Shown piece after piece: positions 10,533 to 20,253 of a stretch of DNA of 64,000 bases. Each line of letters begins with the position of its first letter. Positions within the stretch are counted from its first letter, which is position 1. The DNA is from an uncultured Gemmatimonadales bacterium (GTDB lineage: Bacteria; Gemmatimonadota; Gemmatimonadetes; Longimicrobiales; RSA9): positions 320,001 through 384,000 of the forward strand of contig CAWFKH010000001.1 in assembly GCA_963816355.1 (NCBI GenBank). Direction: 5' to 3'. The notes beneath the pieces are model-generated. The model did no database searches. It was not told the DNA's origin and worked only from the letters and a program-made list of their open reading frames with translations. Made by a program: the position numbers and the translations under genes.

Positions 10533-11315
10533 TCACCACTGCAGGCTGACCCCCGCCTTCACCAGCCGATCGTCGGCGGCCACGCCCGGAAGCGGCGTCG
10601 AGTCCCGCTCGAAGGTGTAGGCGAAGGTGACGGCGATCCACTGGCGCAGCACCATGCGCGCCGTCGTCTCGGAGTTGAGCAGGTAGTCCCCGCCCGCGTC
10701 CCACACCGGCTGATAGAACGTCGTGTGCTCGAGCGTGAATCCGGAGGAGAGCTGCTTCGCGCCGCGGACGCGAAGACTCCAGCGGGCATCCCGTTCGACC
10801 GCCGCCACCGGAGGCTGTACGCCGGCGACGGCGCGGTCCTCGTAGCTGTAGAGCGCCGCGAGGCTCACGGATGCCTTGCCGTCCGGCCACCTCGCGAAGG
10901 TGTACTTGGCGCCGGCACCCGCGTCGAGGCGCACGTCGATCCGCCGGAAGGGGTCGCGCTCCGCCGCGCCGAAGAGGAAGGGTGACACCGTCGCCTCCGG
11001 CCTGAAGTCGAACTTCAGGTTTCCCTTCACGTTCCGGGCGACGACCGCAGCGCGGCTCTCGCCGTAGCGGTAGCGCGCCGTCAGCTCGAGCTCGTAGGCG
11101 GACTCAAGCAGGTGTACGACGTTCAGACTGCTCGTCAGGACGGTGATGTTCTCGTTCCCGCTCGCGGAGGTGAGCGCGAGGTCCGCGGCGAACTTCCAGC
11201 GGTCCGGCGAGGCGGTGTCGGGCGCCTGCGCCACGGCGGGAGTGCCGGCGGAGAGCAGGATCGCCGCGAGGAGGAGTGCCGTCGGGCGGCCCACGCCGCG
11301 CGTTTTCGGAATCAT
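10533..11315 (-). CDS. DUF481-like outer-membrane beta-barrel
   Basis: Signal peptide; LTSASGN, ERDPFRRID.R...GAG..Y, DRLVKAGVSLQW. Confidence 0.75.
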   Translation of the reverse strand: MIPKTRGVGRPTALLLAAILLSAGTPAVAQAPDTASPDRWKFAADLALTSASGNENITVLTSSLNVVHLLESAYELELTARYRYGESRAAVVARNVKGNLKFDFRPEATVSPFLFGAAERDPFRRIDVRLDAGAGAKYTFARWPDGKASVSLAALYSYEDRAVAGVQPPVAAVERDARWSLRVRGAKQLSSGFTLEHTTFYQPVWDAGGDYLLNSETTARMVLRQWIAVTFAYTFERDSTPLPGVAADDRLVKAGVSLQW

Positions 11316-11528
11316 GGCGCAATAGTGACCCGCCGCCGCGCACGGTGCAACCGGAGGCAGCTCGCGGCCGCCGGCGCGGTGGCGGTCCACGGACGGCGTC
11401 CAGCCGTGCCCATCAGAGTGCACCGGCCACGCGCGGAGAAGGGGGCAGGGCATCTCGCCCCACCCCCTTCACCCATCGCGGACCGGCCCGCCCCCTGAGC
11501 ACCCGGGCGGACCCGGCGCGCGCGCCGC

Positions 11529-12029
11529 CTATTCGCGGTCGACGGCGGTCGCGCGGGCGCCGCCCGCGACGACGATGAGTACGTTCGAGGGTTCGCTCAC
11601 GAGCAGGCGCTTGCCGGTCGCGTCCGAGCGCGCCGCCGCCTGCACGAAGTAGCAGTAAAGGCCGGTGCCGGTCAGTCGCTGCGAGAACAGATGCCCTCGC
11701 GACTCGCCGACGCGGCGGAAGAGCGCGGGCTGCACCCTCGCGGCCGTGCAGGTGGACCCGCTTCCCCGATACACCAGGAAGCGTCCCGCTCGCAGCCGCG
11801 CCGGCGCGCCGACGCTCGCCTGCAGGTCGCCCGTCCAGTCGAGATCCAGGCGATCGCCCGCCCGACCCGCGTACAGGATCGGCCGCTGCAGGGCGATGCC
11901 GTGCAGCGCGACGCTCGCTTCGCTCCGGGAGAATGCGCCGGGACCGGCGCTCGCGAATACCGTGGGTTGCTTCGCCGGCGTGCACGCGCCCAGGAAGGCG
12001 GCCGCCAGCAGACAGAAGGTCTGCCGCAT
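11529..12029 (-). CDS. Lipoprotein with FN3-like domain
   Basis: Lipobox LGAC; L.W, F.VYR, YCYFVQA...SEPSN resemble FN3 strands; SD AAGGGG upstream. Confidence 0.6.
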   Translation of the reverse strand: MRQTFCLLAAAFLGACTPAKQPTVFASAGPGAFSRSEASVALHGIALQRPILYAGRAGDRLDLDWTGDLQASVGAPARLRAGRFLVYRGSGSTCTAARVQPALFRRVGESRGHLFSQRLTGTGLYCYFVQAAARSDATGKRLLVSEPSNVLIVVAGGARATAVDRE

Positions 12030-12080
12030 TGTCGAACCCCTTTCGACGATAGTCGGCCGGGTGCCCTCGCACCTCGGCGA

Positions 12081-12165
12081 CCCTTCTTCGGTAGCCCGGC
12101 TGTCTCCAGGAGACCCGCGGCTTTGCGGACCGACCTCGCGATCGGGGTGCCCTTGTCGGAAGGGG
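12081..12165 (-). ncRNA. c-di-GMP-I (GEMM-I) riboswitch
   Basis: Minus strand CCCUUCCGACAAGGGCACCCCGAUC-GCGA-GGUCGGUCCGCAAAGCCGCGGGUCUCCUGGAGACAGCCGGGCUACCGAAGAAGGG: GNRA-capped P2, GCAAAGCC junction, P3, UACCG and P1 pairing. Confidence 0.88.
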
Positions 12166-12521
12166 ATTCTCCGGACGGCGCCACGTCGTTCTTCGCGGCT
12201 CGCGCCCCTGGGCAGGCGCTGTTGCTCGTCCGGCACCGCATCGTGAGGCAAGCGCGGTGCCGTTTCACGGGCCATACGGAGATCTGACGACAGGACAATG
12301 ACTTACGGCGGTAGCGTCCGCCTTCCGCTCGCGCGCGGGCGCCACGGATCGTTGCAACCGGGCCTCGCACTTCGTGACACTCGGGCCACGAAAGAGCTCC
12401 TGCCGGGGCCGCGGGCGAACGCGACGGCCCCGCTCGCGGGCGTGGCGGGTTGCCGCCCCGCCGGCCGGCCGCCACCTTGGAGCCGCGAGCCACGGCGCTC
12501 ACCTCGAACGAACGTGTTGCC

Positions 12522-13628
12522 ATGCCGACCATGGAGCCGACCACGGAATTCGGCCGCTTCTTCCTCCCCGGACCGACGGAGGTGCGGCGGGAGGTGCTGG
12601 AGGCGATGCTGCGCGCGATGATCGGTCACCGCGTGCCGGAGATGGAGGCGCTGATGGGCGGCATCCAGCCGCGTCTGCGCCGCCTCTTCCGGACGGAGCG
12701 GCCCGTCTACATCGCGGTGTCGTCGGGAACGGGCATGATGGAGGCGGCGGTGCGGAACGGCGCGCGGGAGCGCGTGCTCTCGCTGACGAACGGCGCCTTC
12801 AGCGAGCGTTTCGCGAAGATCGCGGAAGCGAACGGGCTGGCCGTCGACACCGTGGCGGTCGAGTGGGGCGAAGCGCACACGGCGGAGATGGTGAGGGCGG
12901 CGCTCGCGGGCGGGAAGTACGACGCCGTCACGGTGTGCCACTCGGAGACGTCGACGGGCGTGCTGAACCCGATCGACGAGATCGCGGCGGCGGCGCACGA
13001 GGCGGGCGACGTCGTCGTCCTCGTCGACAGCGTGTCGGGTCTGTCGGGCGCGCCCGTGCTCACGGACGAGTGGGGGCTCGACTTCGTGCTGACCGGGTCG
13101 CAGAAGTCGCTCGCCCTGCCGCCGGGGCTCGCGTTCGGCGTGGCGCAGGAGAATGTGCTGCGCCGCGCGGAGTCGAAGCGGGGCCGCGGCATCTACTTCG
13201 ACTTCGTGGAGTACGAGAAGAACATCCGCGAGAACCAGACGCCGAACACGCCGGCCGTCTCGCTCCTCTTCGCGCTGGAGAAGCAGCTCGAGCTGATCGA
13301 GGCGGAGGGCGTCGAGGGCCGCTGGCGGCGCCATGCCGAGATGGCGGAGCGGGTCTGGGCGTGGGTGGATCGTCTGCGCGACGACGGCGTCGACCTGCGC
13401 ATCCTCGCGCCCGCCGGCTCGCGCTCGCCGACCGTCACCTGCGTCGTGCCGCCGCCCGGCTGGACCGGAGCGACGGTCGTCGCCGCGGCGCGCGAGCGCG
13501 GCTTCGCCCTCGCCACCGGCTACGGCAAGCTGCGCGAGCGTACCTTCCGCATCGGCCACATGGGCGACCATTCGGTGGCCGAGGTCGACGCGCTGCTCGA
13601 CGCGTTGACGGAGATCCTGCGCCCCTAG
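12522..13628 (+). CDS. Class V PLP aminotransferase (alanine-glyoxylate/serine-pyruvate type)
   Basis: FLPGPT, HSETSTGVLN, VDSVS, GSQKSLALPPGL, TPNTP, FRIGHMG; alternative start 12531. Confidence 0.92.
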   Translation: MPTMEPTTEFGRFFLPGPTEVRREVLEAMLRAMIGHRVPEMEALMGGIQPRLRRLFRTERPVYIAVSSGTGMMEAAVRNGARERVLSLTNGAFSERFAKIAEANGLAVDTVAVEWGEAHTAEMVRAALAGGKYDAVTVCHSETSTGVLNPIDEIAAAAHEAGDVVVLVDSVSGLSGAPVLTDEWGLDFVLTGSQKSLALPPGLAFGVAQENVLRRAESKRGRGIYFDFVEYEKNIRENQTPNTPAVSLLFALEKQLELIEAEGVEGRWRRHAEMAERVWAWVDRLRDDGVDLRILAPAGSRSPTVTCVVPPPGWTGATVVAAARERGFALATGYGKLRERTFRIGHMGDHSVAEVDALLDALTEILRP

Positions 13629-13803
13629 AGCCGGCGGCGGCAGCGGCGGCGCCGGAAAGCGGATCCGGCCGGCGGCGCCGCGGGCCGCGCGGCCGCGGCG
13701 GGATCGCGTTGACCGCCGGGTCGTCGCGGCGTCAGATTAAACGCGAGCGCCGCCGCACCGGCGGTGCGCGCTTCCCGCACGGCTCCAATTCCCGGAGGTA
13801 TCG

Positions 13804-14892
13804 ATGCGTTCATCCGATCCAGCACGCCCGTCCCGATTCCGTGGCGGTCCGCGCGCGATGGCCGTCGCGCTGCTGCTCTGCGCCAGCGCCGCCCCGCTCG
13901 CCGCGCAGGGGGTCAAGTACACGGAGGTGAGCCGCTTCGAGATGGGCGGAGCGGCGGGGGCGATGGTGAAGTTCGCGGCGAAGCTGGGGGGCGGAAGCCT
14001 CGAGAACACGCAGACGGTCTATCTGACGCCGAAGCGCATGCGGACCGACCTGAAGGACAACTCGACCGTGATGGACCTGGTCAAGCGGCAGATGATCGAC
14101 ATCGACCGCAAGCACAAGCAGTACTCGGTGATCTCGATCGAGGAGATGGCGGCCGCGTTCAAGCGGGCCGGCGAGCAGGCGAAGTCGGAGGGCGCGGCGG
14201 CGACGCCGAATGGCCCCGACCGCGGCGATTCGATCCACGTCCAGTTCCATCTTTCCACCGAGCGCACGGGGAAGCACGAGAAGATCGCCGGTCACGACGC
14301 GGAGCAGGTGCTGCTCACGCTCGCGATGAACATGCAGGGCCGCGACGCGAAGGAGCAGATGGCGGATTCGGGCACCTTCGTCGTCTTCACCGACATGTGG
14401 GTCAGCAAGGAAGCCGAGAACTACGACCTGATGCGGCAGTTCCAGGCCAACATGGCGGACGTGAAGGACTGGCAGGGCGGGATGCAGGCGTTCGGCGACG
14501 CGATGAAGACGGCGTTCGCCGGCGACCCGCGGATCAGCGTCGGCTTCGACCGCGCGGAGAAGGAGGCGAAGAAGGTGGACGGCGTGCCGCTGCGCTCGAC
14601 GATCTACTTCGTCGCGCTGGCGCCGGAAACGAAGTTCGATGCGCAGCTCGCGCTCGGCGGCGGCGAGGCGAAGCCGAAGAAGGGCGGTGGCCTGGGCGGC
14701 TTCGCGAAGAAGGCGCTCGCCGGCAAGCTGGGCGGCGAGCCGAAGGAGGAGAATGCGGAGAAGGAGCAGCCGAAGCAGGTCACGATCCTGAAGATGTCGA
14801 ACGAGATCCGCTCGATCGAGAAGGCGAGCCTCGGCGACGATGTCTTCGCGATCCCGGCGGGCTACAAGGAAGTGAAGCGGGCCGGCGGCTGA
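13804..14892 (+). CDS. Secreted hypothetical protein (DUF4412-like)
   Basis: GGAGGT RBS; signal peptide (PLAAQ); TGKHEKIAGH and F.IPAGYKEV motifs. Confidence 0.65.
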   Translation: MRSSDPARPSRFRGGPRAMAVALLLCASAAPLAAQGVKYTEVSRFEMGGAAGAMVKFAAKLGGGSLENTQTVYLTPKRMRTDLKDNSTVMDLVKRQMIDIDRKHKQYSVISIEEMAAAFKRAGEQAKSEGAAATPNGPDRGDSIHVQFHLSTERTGKHEKIAGHDAEQVLLTLAMNMQGRDAKEQMADSGTFVVFTDMWVSKEAENYDLMRQFQANMADVKDWQGGMQAFGDAMKTAFAGDPRISVGFDRAEKEAKKVDGVPLRSTIYFVALAPETKFDAQLALGGGEAKPKKGGGLGGFAKKALAGKLGGEPKEENAEKEQPKQVTILKMSNEIRSIEKASLGDDVFAIPAGYKEVKRAGG

Positions 14893-14896
14893 CGCG

Positions 14897-15505
14897 CTAC
14901 TCGACGATCGAGAGTTGCGCGCGGGCGGCCGAGGGCACCTCGTGGCAGTGGCGGCAGCGCGCCTCGTAGCTCTCGAGCCCTCCCACCTGGACGGTCGGCC
15001 CTTCCGCCGGGGCCGGCCGTCCCTCGATCAGACGCTGGTTGCGCGTCGCCGGCTGACCGCACCGGACGCAGATGGCGTGCAGCTTGTCCACTTGCTCCGC
15101 GATCGCGAGGAGCGCCGGAACCGGACCGAACGGGCGGCCGCGGAAATCCATGTCCGTCCCGGTCAGGATGACGCGGACGCCGCGGTCCGCGAGGGCGTTG
15201 GCGACGTCGAGAATGCCCTCGTCGAGGAACTGGACCTCGTCGACGCCGACCACTTCCGTATCCTCGCGGACCCGCTCCATCACCTCGGTCGAGCTGCTCA
15301 CCGGCTCCGACTCGTAGCGGCGCCCGTCGTGCGACGTGATCGTCTGCACGCCGCCGTAGCGCTCGTCGAGGTGGGACTTGAAGACCTGGACCCGTTTGCG
15401 GGCGAGGATCGCGCGCCGGATCCGGCGGATCAGCTCCTCGGACTTGCCCGAGAACATCACCCCCGTGATCACCTCGATCCACCCGCTGTCACGCGTATGC
15501 TCCAT
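14897..15505 (-). CDS. tdk: Thymidine kinase
   Basis: [11 protein letters not shown]-loop, DEVQF, DMDFRG.PF, CVRC and YEARCRHC zinc motifs. Confidence 0.96.
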   Translation of the reverse strand: MEHTRDSGWIEVITGVMFSGKSEELIRRIRRAILARKRVQVFKSHLDERYGGVQTITSHDGRRYESEPVSSSTEVMERVREDTEVVGVDEVQFLDEGILDVANALADRGVRVILTGTDMDFRGRPFGPVPALLAIAEQVDKLHAICVRCGQPATRNQRLIEGRPAPAEGPTVQVGGLESYEARCRHCHEVPSAARAQLSIVE

Positions 15506-15553
15506 ACGGCGCCAGTCTATGGTGCGTCCCGCGCGTCTGTCCAGCGCCCGATG

Positions 15554-15695
15554 CCCGCAGACCCCCAACCCCCCGCAGACCCCCAACCCCCCGCAGACCC
15601 CCGTACCCCGACCCCCCGCAGACCCCCGACCCCCGACCTCCCCCAGACCCCCGTACCCCCGACCTCCCCCAGACCCCCTCCGCAGACCCCAGACC
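15554..15695. repeat. C-rich imperfect tandem repeat (CCCGCAGACCCCCAACCC and CCCCAGACCCCCGTACCCCCGACCTC units)
   Basis: Directly visible; lies between divergent tdk and methyltransferase genes. Confidence 0.9.
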
Positions 15696-15734
15696 GCTCT
15701 AGATGTCCTCCCCACTTTCCCCTACCTTCCCCCC

Positions 15735-16640
15735 ATGACCCGGCGCGACCGATCCTCACCTCACCCGATCCGCACCGTCTCCGACACCGCCCACTGGGTC
15801 GCGTTCTACCGCGCGATGGAGTCGGAACGGGACGACGCGCTCTTCCACGACCCGTGGGCGCGCCGTCTCGCCGGCCCCGCGGGCGAGCGGGCCGTCCGCA
15901 CCATCCCGCGCGGGCGCGCCACCGCCTGGGCGATGGTCGTGCGCACCGCGGTAATGGACGAGATGATCCTGCGGCTCGTTCACGAGGAGGAGGTCGACGT
16001 CGTCGTCAACCTCGCCGCGGGTCTCGACACGCGTGCCTATCGCCTTCCGCTCCCGGACTCACTGCGATGGGTGGAGATCGACCTTCCGGGCATCCTGGAG
16101 GAGAAGCGAGCCGTCATGGCAGGCGAGGCGCCGTGCTGCGCGCTGCGCTCGATCGCCGCGGACCTGGCCGACGCCGCTGCGCGGGCCACCGCGCTCGACG
16201 ACGCGCTCGCCGGGGCGCGGCGCGCGCTCGTCGTGACGGAAGGGCTGCTGGTGTACCTGGGCGAGGAGCACGTGGGGGCGCTGGCGCGGGACCTGTACGC
16301 GCACCCCGCGTGCGAGTGGTGGCTCACCGACCTCGCGTCGCCGCAGCTGCTGCGGATCATGGGACGCTCCTACAGCCGCGGCCTCGACGAGGCGGTCCGC
16401 TTCCGTTTCGCGCCGGAGTCCGGTAGCGCCTTCTTTCTGCCCTTCGGCTGGCGGGAGGCGGAGTACCGTTCGATCCTCCTGGAGGCGCACCGACTGCACC
16501 GCGAGATGCGGGGCGCGTGGCTCTTCCGCCTGCTCGGGCGCCTGTCGCGGAAGCGGGCGGCCGCGTGGAAGCGCTTCAGCGGCGTGCTGCTGCTGCGTCG
16601 GGAGGGCGCGCCCGCGCCGGCGTCCGAGGCGTCGTCGTGA
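15735..16640 (+). CDS. SAM-dependent methyltransferase, LCM/O-methyltransferase type
   Basis: TA..VA..RA.E, F.DP.A, VVRT..MD, VVNLAAGLDTRAYRL, EGLLVYL. Confidence 0.9.
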   Translation: MTRRDRSSPHPIRTVSDTAHWVAFYRAMESERDDALFHDPWARRLAGPAGERAVRTIPRGRATAWAMVVRTAVMDEMILRLVHEEEVDVVVNLAAGLDTRAYRLPLPDSLRWVEIDLPGILEEKRAVMAGEAPCCALRSIAADLADAAARATALDDALAGARRALVVTEGLLVYLGEEHVGALARDLYAHPACEWWLTDLASPQLLRIMGRSYSRGLDEAVRFRFAPESGSAFFLPFGWREAEYRSILLEAHRLHREMRGAWLFRLLGRLSRKRAAAWKRFSGVLLLRREGAPAPASEASS

Positions 16641-17578
16641 GTACCCGCATCCCCGGGCGGCCGCGCCACTCGCCGCGCCACCACTGGATCGTGCGGGTGA
16701 CGCACTGGGTCAACGTCGTGGCGCTGGCGCTCATGGTGGGCAGCGGGCTGCGCATCTTCAACGCGTATCCCGCGTTCGCGCCGCGTGGCGGGAGCTTCTG
16801 CTGCTATCCGTTCGCGGGCGACGCGATCCCGGGCTGGCTGACGTTCGGCGGCTGGCTCGCCGGCGCGCGCAACTGGCACTTCGCCATGATGTGGGTCCTG
16901 GCGCTGAACGGCTTCGTATATCTCGCCTTCGTCTATCTCCACGGCGAGTGGCGCGACCTGGTGCCGCGGCGCGGCGACGCCCGCGACGTCTGGGAGATGG
17001 TGAAGTTCTACACGTACGCGCGGGAGCAGCATCCGCGGCAGGGTAAGCACAACGCGCTGCAGAAGCTGACGTATTTCAGCTTTCCGCTGGTCGGCGTCGC
17101 GGCAATCGTGACCGGCGTCGCGGTGTGGAAGCCGGTTCAGCTCGCGCCGCTCACGGATCTGCTGGGCGGCTACGTGTGGGCGCGCTATTGGCACTTCTGG
17201 GCGATGCTGCTGCTGGTCGTCCTCACGATCGTACACGTCTTCATGGTCTTCGCCGTGGATCCGTGGTCGCTCCGCTCGATGATCACCGGCGGCTACGACC
17301 CGTCGCGCTCGCCGGAAGCACGCAACGCACGGCCCCTCCACTGGGCGCGGCTGCGCGGCCTGGAACGGGGAGTGAACGGGGATGCCGCCGCCACGAGCGC
17401 CGGCCGCGCGTCGGGCGAGCACGGCGACGCGGGCGAGGCGCGGTCCGTGACGGAAGCTGAGGCGGGCACCGGTGGCGGCGTCTCCGCGCCGCGTGGCGAG
17501 CCGGACCCGGAGGCGGCCGCACGCGTGGACGGACCGGGTCCGGAGCCGGGTCCGGAGCCGGAGTCCGAACGGGAGTGA
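16637..17578 (+). CDS. Cytochrome b/b6-domain membrane protein (Ni-hydrogenase cyt b/YdhU-like)
   Basis: VR.THW.N, ARNWHF, K.NALQKL.Y, ARYWHF, HV.M haem His residues; GTGA overlap with the upstream gene. Confidence 0.85.
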   Translation: MSTRIPGRPRHSPRHHWIVRVTHWVNVVALALMVGSGLRIFNAYPAFAPRGGSFCCYPFAGDAIPGWLTFGGWLAGARNWHFAMMWVLALNGFVYLAFVYLHGEWRDLVPRRGDARDVWEMVKFYTYAREQHPRQGKHNALQKLTYFSFPLVGVAAIVTGVAVWKPVQLAPLTDLLGGYVWARYWHFWAMLLLVVLTIVHVFMVFAVDPWSLRSMITGGYDPSRSPEARNARPLHWARLRGLERGVNGDAAATSAGRASGEHGDAGEARSVTEAEAGTGGGVSAPRGEPDPEAAARVDGPGPEPGPEPESERE

Positions 17579-17580
17579 GA

Positions 17581-18273
17581 ATGAATCGACGCGACTTCTT
17601 CACCGCCGGACTCGCCTCGCTGCTCGCGGCGTGCGACTCGCGCGGTCCGCGCGAAGCTAAGCCGCTGCTGCGGTGGGCGATGCGACGGAACGAGACGCTG
17701 GAGCGCGCGCTCTTCCGCCACACCTCCATGGACGTCGCGGCGCGGCGGCGGCTCGCCGGCTCGGCGCTGCCGCGCTACTTCATCTCGCACAGCGTGCCGG
17801 TGTGGGACGAGTCGGTGCGCGGGCCATGGTCGCTGGAGGTGTCGGGACTCGTCCGGCGGCCGCTGCGGCTGTCGCTGAAGGACCTGATGGGGCTGCCGCG
17901 CGTGACGCACCGCGTGAACCACTACTGCGTCGAAGGGTGGACGGCGACGACGGAGTGGACCGGTGTGCGGGTGAGCCGCCTCGCGGAGATCGCTGGCGTG
18001 GCGCCGGCCGCGCGCTACGTCGACTTTCAGTCGTTCGACGACCACTACCACGAGAGTTGGGATCGCGAGAGCGCGTTCCATCCGCAGACGCTGGTCGCGT
18101 TCGCGTGGGAAGGGCGCCTGCTCGGGCCGGCGCACGGCGCCCCGGCGCGCATCCACTCCCCGATCAAGCTCGGCTACAAGAGCGTCAAGTACCTCACCAG
18201 GATCGTCTTCCTGCCCGAGCGCAACGGCGGCTATTGGAGCGACCAGGGTTACGAGTGGTACGCGGGCGTGTAG
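17581..18273 (+). CDS. Sulfite-oxidase-family molybdopterin oxidoreductase (MsrP-like), Tat/lipoprotein signal
   Basis: NRRDFF Tat motif, LAAC; H.CVEGW, HGAP.R, KLGYKS.KY, GGYW.D.GY.W. Confidence 0.9.
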   Translation: MNRRDFFTAGLASLLAACDSRGPREAKPLLRWAMRRNETLERALFRHTSMDVAARRRLAGSALPRYFISHSVPVWDESVRGPWSLEVSGLVRRPLRLSLKDLMGLPRVTHRVNHYCVEGWTATTEWTGVRVSRLAEIAGVAPAARYVDFQSFDDHYHESWDRESAFHPQTLVAFAWEGRLLGPAHGAPARIHSPIKLGYKSVKYLTRIVFLPERNGGYWSDQGYEWYAGV

Positions 18274-18424
18274 AGCGGTGGTCGCGGTGCGCCGCGTCAC
18301 CGGGTGAGTGAACCGAGCGAGCACGTTCGGGATTGGCGACGTTGGGAAGGGCGGAGCGCGCAGCGGAACGGCTCTCGCAGCGTCGCGAACGCCCACACTG
18401 CGTCACTTCAAGGGAGATTCGGGA

Positions 18425-18727
18425 ATGGTGAACGTCGGACTGCTGGTGCGTCTCGAGGCGAAATCGGGCAAGGAAGCGGACGTGGAGGCGTTCCTGAACG
18501 GCGGCCTGCCGCTCGTGCAGGACGAGCCGGATACGATCGCGTGGTTCGCGATCCGGCTCGGGCCCTCGACGTTCGGCATCTTCGACGCGTTCCCTGGCGA
18601 GTCGGGGCGTGATGCGCACCTCTCCGGGCGCGTCGCGGCGGCACTGATGCAACGTGCGGACGAGCTCTTCTCGCAGCCGCCATCGATCGAGAAGGTGGAC
18701 GTCCTCGCGAGCAAGCTGCCCGGCTAG
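18425..18727 (+). CDS. Antibiotic biosynthesis monooxygenase (ABM) family protein
   Basis: LEAK.GKE..VE.FL, EP.T.AWFA, FGIFDAF..E.GR.AHL.G. Confidence 0.88.
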   Translation: MVNVGLLVRLEAKSGKEADVEAFLNGGLPLVQDEPDTIAWFAIRLGPSTFGIFDAFPGESGRDAHLSGRVAAALMQRADELFSQPPSIEKVDVLASKLPG

Positions 18728-18760
18728 GCTCGCCCAGCCGTCACCGCCGGCGGTGAGCGC

Positions 18761-20197
18761 ATGACGGCTGGTGCGGGACGGAGAGGGGAACGCGCCGACT
18801 ACACGTCGGGCCCGATCCTGCGCTCCCTGCTCGCGCTCGCCGTGCCGATCGTGCTGGCGAACGTGCTGCAGACCGTCTACCAGCTCACGGACACGTTCTG
18901 GCTGGGGCGGCTCGGCGCGGACGCGGTCGCGGCCGTCTCGCTCAGCTTCCCGGTGATCTTTCTGATCATCTCGCTGGGCGGCGGCCTCGCCGTGGCGGGG
19001 GCGATTCTGATCGCGCAGGCGTACGGCGCGGGCGACGCGGCGACGGTCGACCACGTGGCGGCGCAGACGCTCGCCGCGGTCTCGACCGTCGCGGTCGCCC
19101 TCTCCGCCGTCGGCTACGCCGCCTCGCCGGCGCTGATGCGGATCATGGGCGCCGCGCCGGCCGTGTTCGGCGACGCCGTCGCCTACATGCGCATCTCCTT
19201 CATCGGCCTCGTCTTCCTCTTCATCTACTTCGTCTTCCAGTCGCTGCTGCGCGGAGTGGGCGACGTGAGGACGCCGTTCGTCATCGTCCTCGGCACGGTG
19301 CTGCTCAACTTCCTCTTCGATCCGCTGTTCATCCTGGGGCTCTGGGGGGCGCCGCGCATGGGCGTGGCGGGGGCGGCGCTGGCGACGCTGGCGACGCAGG
19401 GTCTCGCGGCGGTGATCGGCGTCTTCATCCTCTTCAGCGGCCGCTTCGGCGTCCACCTGCGCTCGCGCGACCTGGTGCCGGACCTGGCGCTGATGCGCCG
19501 CATCCTGCGGCTGGGTCTGCCCGCGTCGATCGAGCAATCGACCCGTGCGCTCGGCCTCTCGGTGATGACCATCCTCGTCGCCGGCCTCGGCACGCGTGTC
19601 GTCGCCTCCTACGGCATCGGCACGCGCGTCTTCAGCTTCGTGCTGATCCCCGCGCTCGGTCTGTCGATGGCGACCTCGACGCTCGTGGGGCAGAACGTCG
19701 GCGCCGGCAAGCCGGGGCGCGCCGCGCAGACCGCCGCCGTCGCGGCTCGGCTCGGCTTCGTCGCCCTCACCGCCGTCGGCGTCGTGCTCTTCCTCACCGC
19801 CGATGCCGTGACCCGCGCCTTCATCCCGACCGATCCGGGCGTCGCGCACGACGGCGCCGTGTTCCTCCGCATCATGGCGCTCAGCTTCGGCTTCATGGGC
19901 GTGCAGCAGGTGCTGGGCGGAGCGTTCCGCGGCGCCGGCCAGACGGTCGCCGCGATGGGACTCGCCATCCTCTCGCTCTGGGTGCTGCGCTTCCCGCTTG
20001 CGTGGTTCCTCTCGGAGCGCACCACGCTGCGGGAGATCGGCATCTGGTGGGCGTTCCCGGTCTCGAACGTCGTGTCGGCGGTCGCGGCGCTCGTCTGGTT
20101 CCGTCGCGGCACGTGGCGAGGCGATGCGCGGGCGGACGAGCGGCGGCTGGAGGACGAGATCGCGCGGGAGACGATCGTGGAGGAGGGTCTCGGCTGA
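18761..20197 (+). CDS. MATE-family efflux transporter
   Basis: LA.P....N.LQ..Y.L.D, RG.GD..TP, N...DP.FI, G.AGAA.AT, GQN.GAG; 12 TM pattern. Confidence 0.93.
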   Translation: MTAGAGRRGERADYTSGPILRSLLALAVPIVLANVLQTVYQLTDTFWLGRLGADAVAAVSLSFPVIFLIISLGGGLAVAGAILIAQAYGAGDAATVDHVAAQTLAAVSTVAVALSAVGYAASPALMRIMGAAPAVFGDAVAYMRISFIGLVFLFIYFVFQSLLRGVGDVRTPFVIVLGTVLLNFLFDPLFILGLWGAPRMGVAGAALATLATQGLAAVIGVFILFSGRFGVHLRSRDLVPDLALMRRILRLGLPASIEQSTRALGLSVMTILVAGLGTRVVASYGIGTRVFSFVLIPALGLSMATSTLVGQNVGAGKPGRAAQTAAVAARLGFVALTAVGVVLFLTADAVTRAFIPTDPGVAHDGAVFLRIMALSFGFMGVQQVLGGAFRGAGQTVAAMGLAILSLWVLRFPLAWFLSERTTLREIGIWWAFPVSNVVSAVAALVWFRRGTWRGDARADERRLEDEIARETIVEEGLG

Positions 20198-20253
20198 GAG
20201 TCGAGCCGGCGCACTCGCCTGGTGCGCCGGCTCGCTCGATCACGTGCGGGACG

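Noticed and set aside
12081..12165. cGAMP-selective GEMM-Ib variant
   Set aside because: The discriminating position reads G (AGGGCA), as in c-di-GMP binders, although P3 resembles Geobacter-type aptamers.
15554..15695. Possible CRISPR array (also 27183-27268 and 61544-61616)
   Set aside because: Contiguous tandem units without unique spacers; no cas genes.
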